A stretch of 64,000 nt of DNA, taken from positions 138,303-202,302 of the forward strand of contig CAWDZQ010000001.1 of NCBI GenBank assembly GCA_963807065.1. The letters are read 5' to 3'. Positions 9,249 to 17,478 of the stretch are shown here, in pieces (position 1 is the first letter of the stretch; each line of letters begins with the position of its first letter). Under the pieces are notes generated by a model. It did no database searches. It saw only the letters and a program-made list of their open reading frames with translations, and was not told where the DNA came from. The translations under genes and the position numbers were made by a program. This DNA is from an uncultured Chloroflexia bacterium (GTDB lineage: Bacteria; Chloroflexota; Anaerolineae; Anaerolineales; E44-bin32).

Positions 9249-10661
9249 CTAGCCGATCGAGCCTTCCATCTGGAGCTGGATCAGCCGGTTCATCTCAACG
9301 GCATACTCCATTGGGAGCTCTCGGACCAGCGGCTCGATGAAGCCGGAAACCACCATACTGGCAGCCTCGTCTTCACTCAAGCCACGGCTCATCAGGTAAA
9401 AGAGCTGCTCCTCGCCGATCTTACTCACCGAGGCCTCGTGCCCGACGCTGACGTCGTTCTCGTCGATCTCGATGTAGGGATACGTGTCCGAGCGGGATGT
9501 TTCGTCCAGGAGCAGCGCATCGCAGACGACGTTGGACTTGGAGCCGACGGCGCCTTCGTGAACCTTCAGCAGGCCGCGGTACGACGCCCGACCGCCGGAC
9601 TTGCTGATCGACTTGGAAGTGATCTTACTGGTCGTGTATGGCGCGGCGTGGATGACCTTGCCGCCCGTGTCTTGATGCTGGTGGCCGGCAGCGAAGGCCA
9701 GGGAGAGGATCTCGCCGTGGGCGCCCTTGCCCACCAGGTAGCAGGACGGGTACTTCATGGTGACCTTGCTGCCGATGTTGGCGTCCACCCACTCGTGGCT
9801 GGCGTTCTCATGGACCATCGCCCGCTGGGTCACCAAATTGTAGACATTGTTGGACCAGTTTTGGATGGTCGTATAACGCGACCGGGCACCCTTCTTGACG
9901 ATGATCTCGATCACACCGCTGTGGAACGAATCCGTGGAGTAGATCGGCGCCGTGCAGCCTTCCACATAGTGCACCTGTGCTCCCTCGTCGACAATGATCA
10001 GCGTCCGCTCATACTGCCCGACATTGGCCGAATTCAGGCGAAAGTACGCCTGGAGGGGCAGATCAATCTTAGTGTTCGGCGGGATGTAGATGAACGAGCC
10101 ACCGGACCATAGGGCACTGTTGAGGGCGGCGAACTTATTGTCCGTGTAGGGGATCACCGTCCCGAAATACTCACGGAACAGATCAGGATGTTTGCGCAGG
10201 CCGTCTTCAATGCTGACGAAGATTACGCCCTGCGACTCGAGCTTCTCCTGAATCTTGTGATAGACCATTTCCGACTCGTACTGCGCCCCCACACCGGCAA
10301 GAAACTTCTGCTCGGCCTGCGGAATCCCCAGGCGGTCAAACGTCTTTTTGATCGTCTCGGGGACATCTTCCCATGTCCTCCCCTCGGCTTCAGCCGGGCG
10401 GACGTAGTTGTAGATATTCTCGAGGTTGAATTCACTCAGGTCGGCCCCCCATTCGGGCATGGGGCGGGCCTGATAATGCTCCAGGGCCTTGAGCCGGTAG
10501 TCGAGCATCCACTTCGGCTCACCCTTCATGGCCGAAATCTGTTCCACCACCTCTCGATTCAAGCCCATCTTGGTGCGAAACACCACTTCATCGGGGTCGA
10601 CGAAGCCGTACTTGTAATCGTCAAGACCTTCGAGGTGCTTCATGTCCTGATCAGTTGCCAT
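9249..10661 (-). CDS. sufB: Fe-S cluster assembly protein SufB
   Basis: 470 aa with strongly conserved SufB sequence ([11 protein letters not shown] ... [34 protein letters not shown]). Confidence 0.97.
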   Translation of the reverse strand: MATDQDMKHLEGLDDYKYGFVDPDEVVFRTKMGLNREVVEQISAMKGEPKWMLDYRLKALEHYQARPMPEWGADLSEFNLENIYNYVRPAEAEGRTWEDVPETIKKTFDRLGIPQAEQKFLAGVGAQYESEMVYHKIQEKLESQGVIFVSIEDGLRKHPDLFREYFGTVIPYTDNKFAALNSALWSGGSFIYIPPNTKIDLPLQAYFRLNSANVGQYERTLIIVDEGAQVHYVEGCTAPIYSTDSFHSGVIEIIVKKGARSRYTTIQNWSNNVYNLVTQRAMVHENASHEWVDANIGSKVTMKYPSCYLVGKGAHGEILSLAFAAGHQHQDTGGKVIHAAPYTTSKITSKSISKSGGRASYRGLLKVHEGAVGSKSNVVCDALLLDETSRSDTYPYIEIDENDVSVGHEASVSKIGEEQLFYLMSRGLSEDEAASMVVSGFIEPLVRELPMEYAVEMNRLIQLQMEGSIG

Positions 10662-11446
10662 TACGAACTCTCCACCGCGTCGGCTTGCTTTTCTCTGATC
10701 CAGTCGTAACCCTGCTCTTCGAGGTGCTCGGCCAGCTCGGGACCGCCGGACTCGACAATTCTTCCAGCCAGCATGATATGCACGAATTGCGGCGAAATGT
10801 AGTTCAGGATCCGCTGATAGTGGGTGATCACCAGCACTCCCAAATCCGGCCCCGACAGCGCGTTCACGCCGCTGGCGACGATCCGCAGGGCGTCGATATC
10901 CAGCCCCGAGTCCGTCTCGTCCAGGATAGCTATCTCCGGTTCGAGGGTGGCCATCTGCAGAATTTCAGCGCGCTTCTTCTCACCACCAGAAAACCCATCG
11001 TTCAGGTAACGGCCTGCAAACTCATGCCCCATTTCGAGCAGGTCCATTTTCTTCTTCAGCAGCGTGCGAAATTCACCCACGGCGATGCCCTTGTCATCCG
11101 GGTCGCTCATCTTTCGACGAGCGTTGATCGCCGAGCGCAGAAAATTGGCCAACGACACGCCGGGAATGGCGACCGGATACTGGAAGGCCAGAAAAATGCC
11201 CAGCTTGGCCCTTTCGTCCGGCGCCAGTTCGAGGAGGTTCTGACCCTTGAACAGGACTTGGCCGCCCGTGACCTGATAGCCTGGATGGCCCATCAGCGAA
11301 TTGGCCAGCGTGGATTTTCCCGAGCCATTGGGGCCCATTAAGGCGTGGATCTCACCCGAGTTGATGGTCAGATCAACCCCCTTGAGGATTTCCTTGTCAT
11401 CGACATTGACGTGCAAATCTCGGATCTCAAGCGCAGAACCCATCAA
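10661..11446 (-). CDS. sufC: Fe-S cluster assembly ATPase SufC
   Basis: Walker [10 protein letters not shown], signature FSGGEKKR and Walker [12 protein letters not shown]. The stop overlaps the sufB start by 1 nt. GAGGAG SD upstream. Confidence 0.97.
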   Translation of the reverse strand: MMGSALEIRDLHVNVDDKEILKGVDLTINSGEIHALMGPNGSGKSTLANSLMGHPGYQVTGGQVLFKGQNLLELAPDERAKLGIFLAFQYPVAIPGVSLANFLRSAINARRKMSDPDDKGIAVGEFRTLLKKKMDLLEMGHEFAGRYLNDGFSGGEKKRAEILQMATLEPEIAILDETDSGLDIDALRIVASGVNALSGPDLGVLVITHYQRILNYISPQFVHIMLAGRIVESGGPELAEHLEEQGYDWIREKQADAVESS

Positions 11447-11510
11447 AACTCCTCGTCTCGTCGTGAGCCCGCCGGCAATTTCTCCGGCGATTATCGGCAG
11501 GTCCCAAACA

Positions 11511-11552
11511 GGCGGGATTATAGCATGCGCGGCTTCAAACTGTCAATATTTC
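11511..11552 (-). promoter_or_regulatory. candidate sigma-70 promoter of sufCBD... with overlapping GAAATATTGACAG element
   Basis: Minus strand reads GAAATATTGACAg-(18 nt)-TATAAT. The -35 is at plus 11541..11546 and the -10 at plus 11517..11522. Confidence 0.45.
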
Positions 11553-11610
11553 TCATGTTTTTTTGAAATATTTGCCGCCCTCAAACGACGAATAAGTACG
11601 ACAACTTTCT

Positions 11611-11646
11611 GAAATATTGACAGGATTCAAGGCCGCATGCTATACT
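11611..11646 (+). promoter_or_regulatory. candidate sigma-70 promoter of sufR with overlapping GAAATATTGACAG element
   Basis: GAAATATTGACAg (11611..11623), an 18-nt spacer, then TATACT (11641..11646). The ATG lies only 9 nt after the -10. Confidence 0.45.
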
Positions 11647-11655
11647 CCGCAACGC

Positions 11656-12300
11656 ATGGCTAAATCCACGCGAGACACCATCCTGCGAACCTTGCGTTCG
11701 CAGGGCAAGTGCACGGTCAAGGACTTGGCCAAGGCGGCCAAGGTCTCGCCGGTCTCCGTCCGGCACCATCTCACCAACCTCGAGCAGGAAAGCCTGGTAG
11801 CGGTGGAAGAGGTTCGCCACGGCGTGGGCCGGCCACGCCATCTGTTCAGCCTCACAGACAGCGCCATGGAGTTGTTCCCGGCCCGCTACTATCGCCTGGC
11901 CAACCGCATGCTGGGCGAGATGAAGGACAGTCTGCCCGAGGGCAGCGTCGACACGCTGTTCCATCACATCGCCGACGACATGGTCGAGCAGTTCCAGCAG
12001 CAGCTGGCGGGGCTCCCGCTCAAGCCAAGATTGGCCCGCCTGGCTGAGCTTCTGAAAGACGAAGGCTTCGAAATCGAAGTGGAATCCGGCGATGGCCAGG
12101 TATTGATCAAGGAAATGACCTGCCCCTACCTGCATGTGGGGCGCGAACACCCCGAAGTCTGCCTGATAGACAGGCAGTTGATCGCCGCCGCGCTGGATCT
12201 CCCGGTGGAGCGCATTTCTTGGCTGCTCGAAGGTGATCGCCACTGCACCTACGCAGTACGGCTGGAGGACAGCCCGCTGGAGGTTCAGACACATGACTGA
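11656..12300 (+). CDS. sufR: SufR-like winged-helix transcriptional regulator (ArsR/DeoR-type HTH with a C-terminal Cys cluster)
   Basis: N-terminal HTH (RDTILRTLRSQGKCTVKDLAKAAKVSPVSVRHHLTNLEQESLV). C-terminal C-X12-C-X27-C (CPYLHVGREHPEVC...HC). Divergent from sufCBD. The start is set at the first ATG. Confidence 0.75.
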   Translation: MAKSTRDTILRTLRSQGKCTVKDLAKAAKVSPVSVRHHLTNLEQESLVAVEEVRHGVGRPRHLFSLTDSAMELFPARYYRLANRMLGEMKDSLPEGSVDTLFHHIADDMVEQFQQQLAGLPLKPRLARLAELLKDEGFEIEVESGDGQVLIKEMTCPYLHVGREHPEVCLIDRQLIAAALDLPVERISWLLEGDRHCTYAVRLEDSPLEVQTHD

Positions 12301-12640
12301 CGAAACGGCCGTCCCCAATCCGATTTGGGAAGCCGATTCTACCCACCCCAAACTCGCATCCCAGGTCCGAGAGTCCTTGAGGGAAGTGATGGATCCCGAG
12401 TTGGGGTTGAGCATCATTGAGCTTGGCCTGGTGCGCGATGCTCATATCGACAACTCGGGCCTTGAGATCACGATGATCATGACCACACCCTTCTGCCCTT
12501 ATGGCCCGGCGCTGCTCGAAGCCACGCGCAAGAAGGCCGAAACGGGCTCGGGTATGACGACCACGATTGAGATGAGCATGGATGCCTGGGACCCAAGCAT
12601 GATGGAAGAAGGCGCTGGAGCCGCCTGGGGGTTCTTCTAG
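12293..12640 (+). CDS. DUF59 / SufT-like Fe-S assembly protein
   Basis: VMDPELGLSIIELGLV ... TTPFCPY is the DUF59 (MIP18/SufT) signature. ATG 12293 overlaps the sufR stop (ATGACTGA). Confidence 0.8.
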   Translation: MTDETAVPNPIWEADSTHPKLASQVRESLREVMDPELGLSIIELGLVRDAHIDNSGLEITMIMTTPFCPYGPALLEATRKKAETGSGMTTTIEMSMDAWDPSMMEEGAGAAWGFF

Positions 12641-12665
12641 AACAGCCAGCCTATTCGAGGAAGAT

Positions 12666-12697
12666 GCGGCTGACCTTGAGGTCAGCCGTTGTTGATT
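12666..12697 (+). terminator. rho-independent terminator after the sufR/DUF59 pair
   Basis: GCGGCTGACC-ttga-GGTCAGCCG followed by TTGTTGATT. Confidence 0.5.
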
Positions 12698-12719
12698 CTG
12701 GGGGCTGAGCCCGCCGACC

Positions 12720-13046
12720 TCACGCCTTGGAGACAGCCCCCGGTCGTGCCCCGGCTTCGCCCCGCTGCCGGGAGACCGATCCGATAACCCCCGCGAGCGC
12801 CAAGATGACCCTCAAGGTCAAGCCCAGGACGGCCACTGTAGTCACCGTCGCCACACCCACTCCGAAGGCCAGCGCCCAGATGGGCCCGATCCGCGAACCG
12901 CGGTACGTCACCAGCCGCGCTTTCAGCGTTCGGACGAAACGCAGGTCAGGCTCAACCGGCACCAGGACCTGCGCCAGCAGGTTTTCAAGCTGTTTGCGGC
13001 TCACGGATGGCTGGTGCGTGCTTCTCATCGAGGTCAAGTCCCTCAA
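12720..13046 (-). CDS. putative membrane-anchored anti-sigma factor
   Basis: 108-aa ORF 33 nt downstream of the ECF sigma gene. It has a single hydrophobic helix (IWALAFGVGVATVTTVAVLGLTL). The call rests on position and topology only. Confidence 0.5.
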   Translation of the reverse strand: MRDLTSMRSTHQPSVSRKQLENLLAQVLVPVEPDLRFVRTLKARLVTYRGSRIGPIWALAFGVGVATVTTVAVLGLTLRVILALAGVIGSVSRQRGEAGARPGAVSKA

Positions 13047-13079
13047 TTTGTGAAATCCATCACAAGTTCCCCCTTCGGG

Positions 13080-13658
13080 TTACCCGTCGGGCTGGTCGGA
13101 ACCGCCAACCAGCGCCGCTCCAACTTCGTCCCGCAGGGCGTTGAGCGTCCGGTGGTAAAAACTCTTGATCGCCCCTTCCGTGCGTCCCATGATCTCGCCA
13201 ATTTCGGCGTTGGACATCCGCTCGACGAACTTGAGGATGAGCAACTGCTGCCGGTCTTCCGGCAGGCGCCGCACACAGGCCATCAAGACCTCGATCTCCT
13301 CCCGATCGATGGCCTGGCTCTCGGGCTGGGCGCCCACCCGGGCGACGAACAGGCGCTCATCGAGCGGCAGCAACGGCTTGCGGCTTCGGTCCCGGTGCCA
13401 GTTGGCCACCAGGTTGTGGGCGATCCGATAGAGCCAGGCCGAAAAAGGAACGCCCTTGTCTTCGTACTTGTCTACGTGCCGCAGTGCCCGCTGAAAGACA
13501 CGTTCCGTTAAGTCTTCGGCGTCGTGATGGTTGCCGGTGCGGTAGTAGATGTAGTTGTAAATGCGCTTCACATGCCGCTCGTACAGCTCGCCGAAAGCGG
13601 CAGCGTCCGACCCAGCTCGGCGGACAAGGTCCTGTTCATCCCGGGCAAGTTCGCTCAT
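13080..13658 (-). CDS. ECF-type RNA polymerase sigma-70 family factor
   Basis: Region 2 (YRTGNHHDAEDLTERVFQRAL ... FSAWLYRIAHNLVANW) and region 4 (LPEDRQQLLILKFVERMSNAEIGEIMGRTEGAIKSFYHRTL). Confidence 0.9.
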   Translation of the reverse strand: MSELARDEQDLVRRAGSDAAAFGELYERHVKRIYNYIYYRTGNHHDAEDLTERVFQRALRHVDKYEDKGVPFSAWLYRIAHNLVANWHRDRSRKPLLPLDERLFVARVGAQPESQAIDREEIEVLMACVRRLPEDRQQLLILKFVERMSNAEIGEIMGRTEGAIKSFYHRTLNALRDEVGAALVGGSDQPDG

Positions 13659-13767
13659 GGGGCCGCCCCGGACCGATGGACAGGTGCTCCCTCTGACATA
13701 ACCCCATTTCGGGCTTCAAGTTGCCCCAAACCAGGCTCCCGCTCGTGGGGTTCCCGATGATAGAAGC

Positions 13768-15330
13768 TCATGCTTCGACCTGTTTGAGTTTTGCCCAGGC
13801 TTCCCGCACCCGTTCGACCACCTGGGGATCCTCGGGTCGAAGGCCATAGCGTACCAGCTCAAAGGCGCTGGTGATCTGCCGCGAGCTGGCCACCTCCCCG
13901 GGATAGAGGTCTCCCAGCACCCCTTGGAACTCGGCCGGGGTTTCGTCTTCCCGCCTCGGCCGGCCGTCACCGGCGGCCTTGGTCAGCATGGCCAAATAGA
14001 TCCTGCGAATGACCAACGGCGCCAACCACGACCGGGCGCTGGTGGCTCGTACCCAATCCCCGAGCCTTCGCTGAGCTTCCTCCAAGCGTCCCAATCGTGC
14101 CCGTCGTCCGGCCTCTCGATCCAGGTCTTCATCCATCGTCATGTCCGGACGATCATCCCGGCGCGATCCGCGGCGACCACGGGTCACCAGGTAGATTACC
14201 CCGATGGCCCCGAGGAGCACCAGCCCCCATTGAATGTAGGGCCAGGCGGCGGTTAGGGCCTGGACCCAACCCGGGATGGCGGCGTTCTCGGATCCGGGTG
14301 ATTCCGGTGGAAGCACCGGGTTGAGCTGAACCTGGGCCATCACCGTTCCCAGCCCATCAAACAGCTTTCGCAGCCAATCGATCAGCAGCTGAATCAAGGG
14401 ATTGAACACCATCAGAATGGGAAGAAGCAACCTGAAGGACAAGCCCAGCACTGCGCTCAGGGCCAGCCCGAAGAGCAGCGCGAGTTGATGCGCGGCGTGG
14501 CTGTTGAGTGCCAATCCGGCGCCAACCCCCAGGGTTGTCGCCGCGACCAACAAACCCGTCAGGCCCGCCGTCCATTTCATGCTGATCGGCGCCCGGCTTC
14601 CCCCTGGTTGGTGGCCCAGGCTGTTGGCCCTGGCCACGGCCATCGCCATGGTGGAAGCCAGGAAGAAGGTAGGTAGAAGCTCCGGAATTGGAGCTCCCTC
14701 GATATCCCGGCGGGCTGCGATGTAGAAGGCATACAACAGCACCCCCAGACGAAAGTGCAGCCCCTCCCTGCCCCAGGCGAGTTCGGGGCTGCCTGACAAG
14801 GTCGAGCCGCGCTGCCACAGGATAACGACAGCCAGGAAGATCACCAGCTCGTCCGGCACGGGAAGCAGCACCGCAAGCGAGTCCACCAGCCGCCCGACGG
14901 CCCCAATGATATCGAGACCATGCAGACTTCCCTCGACCAAATCCAAACTCACCAAGAAGGCGAGCACCAATCCGACCGCGCCCATTAGGTGATGAACCGT
15001 CGATTTGAGGTAAAGCTGCTGAGACAGGCGTCCGATGGCATAGGACGTCAGGCCCAAGCACATCAGCCACATGACCAGAACCACCGGCGGCGGGGGAGCT
15101 TGATCGGCAGTGATCAATCTCAGCCAGGCTGCCACCCAGCAGACATCCATCAACAGGGCGGCCAAGACACCCAGAGCGTGCCATAGGGCGAGGGGGGACT
15201 CAGCTGACGATCGGTGGCCATACTCATAAAGCGGCGGCGACCTTCGGCAGGGGATCGTGGACAATCTCGATTCCCGGCACATCGTCCGGGGGGTCGGCGC
15301 CCACAAACACAAGGACCGTTCGGCGAGCAC
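13768..15330 (-). CDS. polytopic membrane protein with a C-terminal DUF4129-type domain (third member of the MoxR-DUF58 operon)
   Basis: Multiple TM helices. The C-terminus ETPAEFQGVLGDLYPGE...FELVRYGLRPED is typical of DUF4129. The start is uncertain: the ORF-track start overlaps the DUF58 gene by ~100 nt. Confidence 0.7.
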   Translation of the reverse strand: MLAERSLCLWAPTPRTMCRESRLSTIPCRRSPPLYEYGHRSSAESPLALWHALGVLAALLMDVCWVAAWLRLITADQAPPPPVVLVMWLMCLGLTSYAIGRLSQQLYLKSTVHHLMGAVGLVLAFLVSLDLVEGSLHGLDIIGAVGRLVDSLAVLLPVPDELVIFLAVVILWQRGSTLSGSPELAWGREGLHFRLGVLLYAFYIAARRDIEGAPIPELLPTFFLASTMAMAVARANSLGHQPGGSRAPISMKWTAGLTGLLVAATTLGVGAGLALNSHAAHQLALLFGLALSAVLGLSFRLLLPILMVFNPLIQLLIDWLRKLFDGLGTVMAQVQLNPVLPPESPGSENAAIPGWVQALTAAWPYIQWGLVLLGAIGVIYLVTRGRRGSRRDDRPDMTMDEDLDREAGRRARLGRLEEAQRRLGDWVRATSARSWLAPLVIRRIYLAMLTKAAGDGRPRREDETPAEFQGVLGDLYPGEVASSRQITSAFELVRYGLRPEDPQVVERVREAWAKLKQVEA

Positions 15331-16444
15331 GGGCTTTCAATCGGATCAGGCTCTCCATCAGCGCCGGCGGTGCGACGGCCGTCACAACCATCAGCGCCGA
15401 TCCATAGGCCAGTCGCCCAGCCTGCTGGAGCAAGTAGCGTTCAAAGGGGGACATCACCAGCGGGGTCAAGGCTGCCAGCGCCTCCAGTACGAGCGGCAAG
15501 TGCTGTTTGGAACGGCCGGGCGCGATGCTCAGCGCCTGGCCGGCGTGGGCCAGGCTGCCGTTCGAGATAATCCCCACCCGAAATCCGGCGCCGAAAGCGT
15601 CAACCACCAGCGAGGCAGCGGTCTCAATCAACGCCTCAAGCACTTCCGGATTTGTCCCCTCCCAGTAATGTTCGTAGGTTGAAGCATTCAGGCAGATCAC
15701 CAGGTCGAAGCCGCGGATTGGTTCGAACACCCGTGTCTGGAGCCGGCCCACCCGAGCCGTGGCCGGCCAATGGATGCGGCGAAACCCATCCTCGGGGAGA
15801 TAGTCCCTCACGCCCATCGAGCGATTGGGATCCTGGAAGAGCGGACGCGGACTCTGTCGTTCTCCGTAGGGATCATCCGCCCGCCACAGGGGCGCAGCCG
15901 TCTTCCTCAGTCGGGGAAACACGACCACCTTCTCCGATGGAGCGAGCGCAGGCTCTTCTGAGCCAAAGAGGCCGAAAGGATCTCCGGCCGCCGCCGCGGC
16001 CGGTCCAATTTGGTAGACGCCCCGCTCCCTGAACATGATCTCGAACGTGCGCCGCGCCCGTGAGTTTCCACGCAGCGAAACCAGGAGCTGGTAGATCGCG
16101 AGATCCTCCCGGTGAGAACCTATCAGGTGGCTCTCATCGGTTGGTCCGATCCCCTTGGGCCAGGGATCCCGAATTCGCAGCCAGACGAGGGGAAGGCGTT
16201 TGTGGTTCTCGACGGTCAGGTCGACGGGAACCGTTTCATCGGCGAAGCCCTTGCGGAAGAACAGCCTCCGCTCGTAGCGCAGGCCCTGCAAGGAGAACCG
16301 GTTCCATATCCAGGCGGCGGCGAACACGGTCCCCATGAGCCCCGCCAGCCCCACCAGACCCGGCAGGTGAAAAAGGTATCCGGTCAGAAGGAAGAGCAGC
16401 GAAAGCCATGCCCAGGCTTCGTGTAGCTCAGCACCATTCTTCAT
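15224..16444 (-). CDS. DUF58 domain protein (vWA-like partner of MoxR)
   Basis: N-terminal TM pair, then GVRDYLPEDGFRRIHWPATARVGRLQTRVFE, a hallmark of DUF58. Located immediately downstream of the MoxR ATPase gene. Confidence 0.85.
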   Translation of the reverse strand: MKNGAELHEAWAWLSLLFLLTGYLFHLPGLVGLAGLMGTVFAAAWIWNRFSLQGLRYERRLFFRKGFADETVPVDLTVENHKRLPLVWLRIRDPWPKGIGPTDESHLIGSHREDLAIYQLLVSLRGNSRARRTFEIMFRERGVYQIGPAAAAAGDPFGLFGSEEPALAPSEKVVVFPRLRKTAAPLWRADDPYGERQSPRPLFQDPNRSMGVRDYLPEDGFRRIHWPATARVGRLQTRVFEPIRGFDLVICLNASTYEHYWEGTNPEVLEALIETAASLVVDAFGAGFRVGIISNGSLAHAGQALSIAPGRSKQHLPLVLEALAALTPLVMSPFERYLLQQAGRLAYGSALMVVTAVAPPALMESLIRLKARARRTVLVFVGADPPDDVPGIEIVHDPLPKVAAAL

Positions 16445-16450
16445 CAGGGC

Positions 16451-17389
16451 TCAGTCTTCGACGGGGACGGACACCTCAGAGATGATGTCCTTCAACAGCT
16501 CGTCGGGTGTCCTCCCCCTCAACTGGGCCTGAGGAGCGATCATCAGGCGGTGGGTGAGGACGAAGGGCGCCATCCACTTGGCGTCGTCCGGAAGCACGAA
16601 GTCGCGCCCTTGAAGGGCCGCCCAGGCTTGGGCGCCCTGATACAGGGCGAGCGTTGCCCTTGGGCTGGCGCCCAGGTCGATCTCCGCATGCTCCCGCGTT
16701 GCGCGAGCAATGCCGATGATGTAGCCGCGCACCGATGGTTCGACCTTGACGGCCTGGCGCTCAAGGCGCATGGCGTCCAGTTGATCGGGCCCGACCACGG
16801 CCGACAGCGAGAGTTCGGGCTCACCGCTGCTGAAACGCAGCAGGATTTCTCCTTCTTCATCGGCCTCGGGATACCCCAGCCCGACCTTCAACATGAAGCG
16901 GTCCAGCTGGGCTTCCGGCAGCGGGAACGTTCCTTCCAATTCCACCGGGTTCTGGGTGGCCATGACCAGAAACGGCCTCGGCACGGGCCGGCTGACCCCG
17001 TCCACCGTCACCTGGCGTTCCTGCATCGCTTCCAGCAACGCCGACTGCGTGCGCGGCGTGGCCCGATTGATCTCATCCGCCAGGACCACCTGGTGCATTA
17101 CCGGGCCGGGCCGGTACTCGAAAGCTTGCTTCTTTTGGTTGAACCAATTGACGCCGACCACATCCGAAGGCAGCAAATCGGGGGTGCACTGGATCCGGCT
17201 GAACGACGCTCCTAGGCTGGCGGCCAGCGACCTGGCCAGGGTGGTCTTTCCGATCCCAGGCACGTCCTCAACCAGCAAGTGGCCCTCGCACAGGATGGCC
17301 GTCAGAGCCAGGTCGATCGCCTGATCCTTTCCTACAATGACTTTGTGAATATTGTCACGAATAGTTTGGGCTTGGTCTGAAATCACCAT
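16451..17389 (-). CDS. MoxR-family AAA+ ATPase
   Basis: Walker A EDVPGIGKTT, Walker B VLADEINRA and FLVMATQNP. The start is set at MVISDQAQ (ATG 17389). Confidence 0.93.
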   Translation of the reverse strand: MVISDQAQTIRDNIHKVIVGKDQAIDLALTAILCEGHLLVEDVPGIGKTTLARSLAASLGASFSRIQCTPDLLPSDVVGVNWFNQKKQAFEYRPGPVMHQVVLADEINRATPRTQSALLEAMQERQVTVDGVSRPVPRPFLVMATQNPVELEGTFPLPEAQLDRFMLKVGLGYPEADEEGEILLRFSSGEPELSLSAVVGPDQLDAMRLERQAVKVEPSVRGYIIGIARATREHAEIDLGASPRATLALYQGAQAWAALQGRDFVLPDDAKWMAPFVLTHRLMIAPQAQLRGRTPDELLKDIISEVSVPVED

Positions 17390-17478
17390 CGGCTCGCATC
17401 TGAGAGGTGGGGCGTTTGTGGCAAGCGAGTATAGCACGGTTGCCCGGGGGCCCGATGTTATAATCGCCAAATCGACTC

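Noticed and set aside
15150-15227. ATGA-coupled start (ATG 15227 overlapping the DUF58 stop) for the DUF4129 membrane protein
   Set aside because: That frame closes after 25 codons. It would join the long ORF only through a -1/+2 change, for example in the C6 run (plus-strand G6 15192..15197). That polarity differs from the other breaks, so I left the start as uncertain rather than postulating another error.
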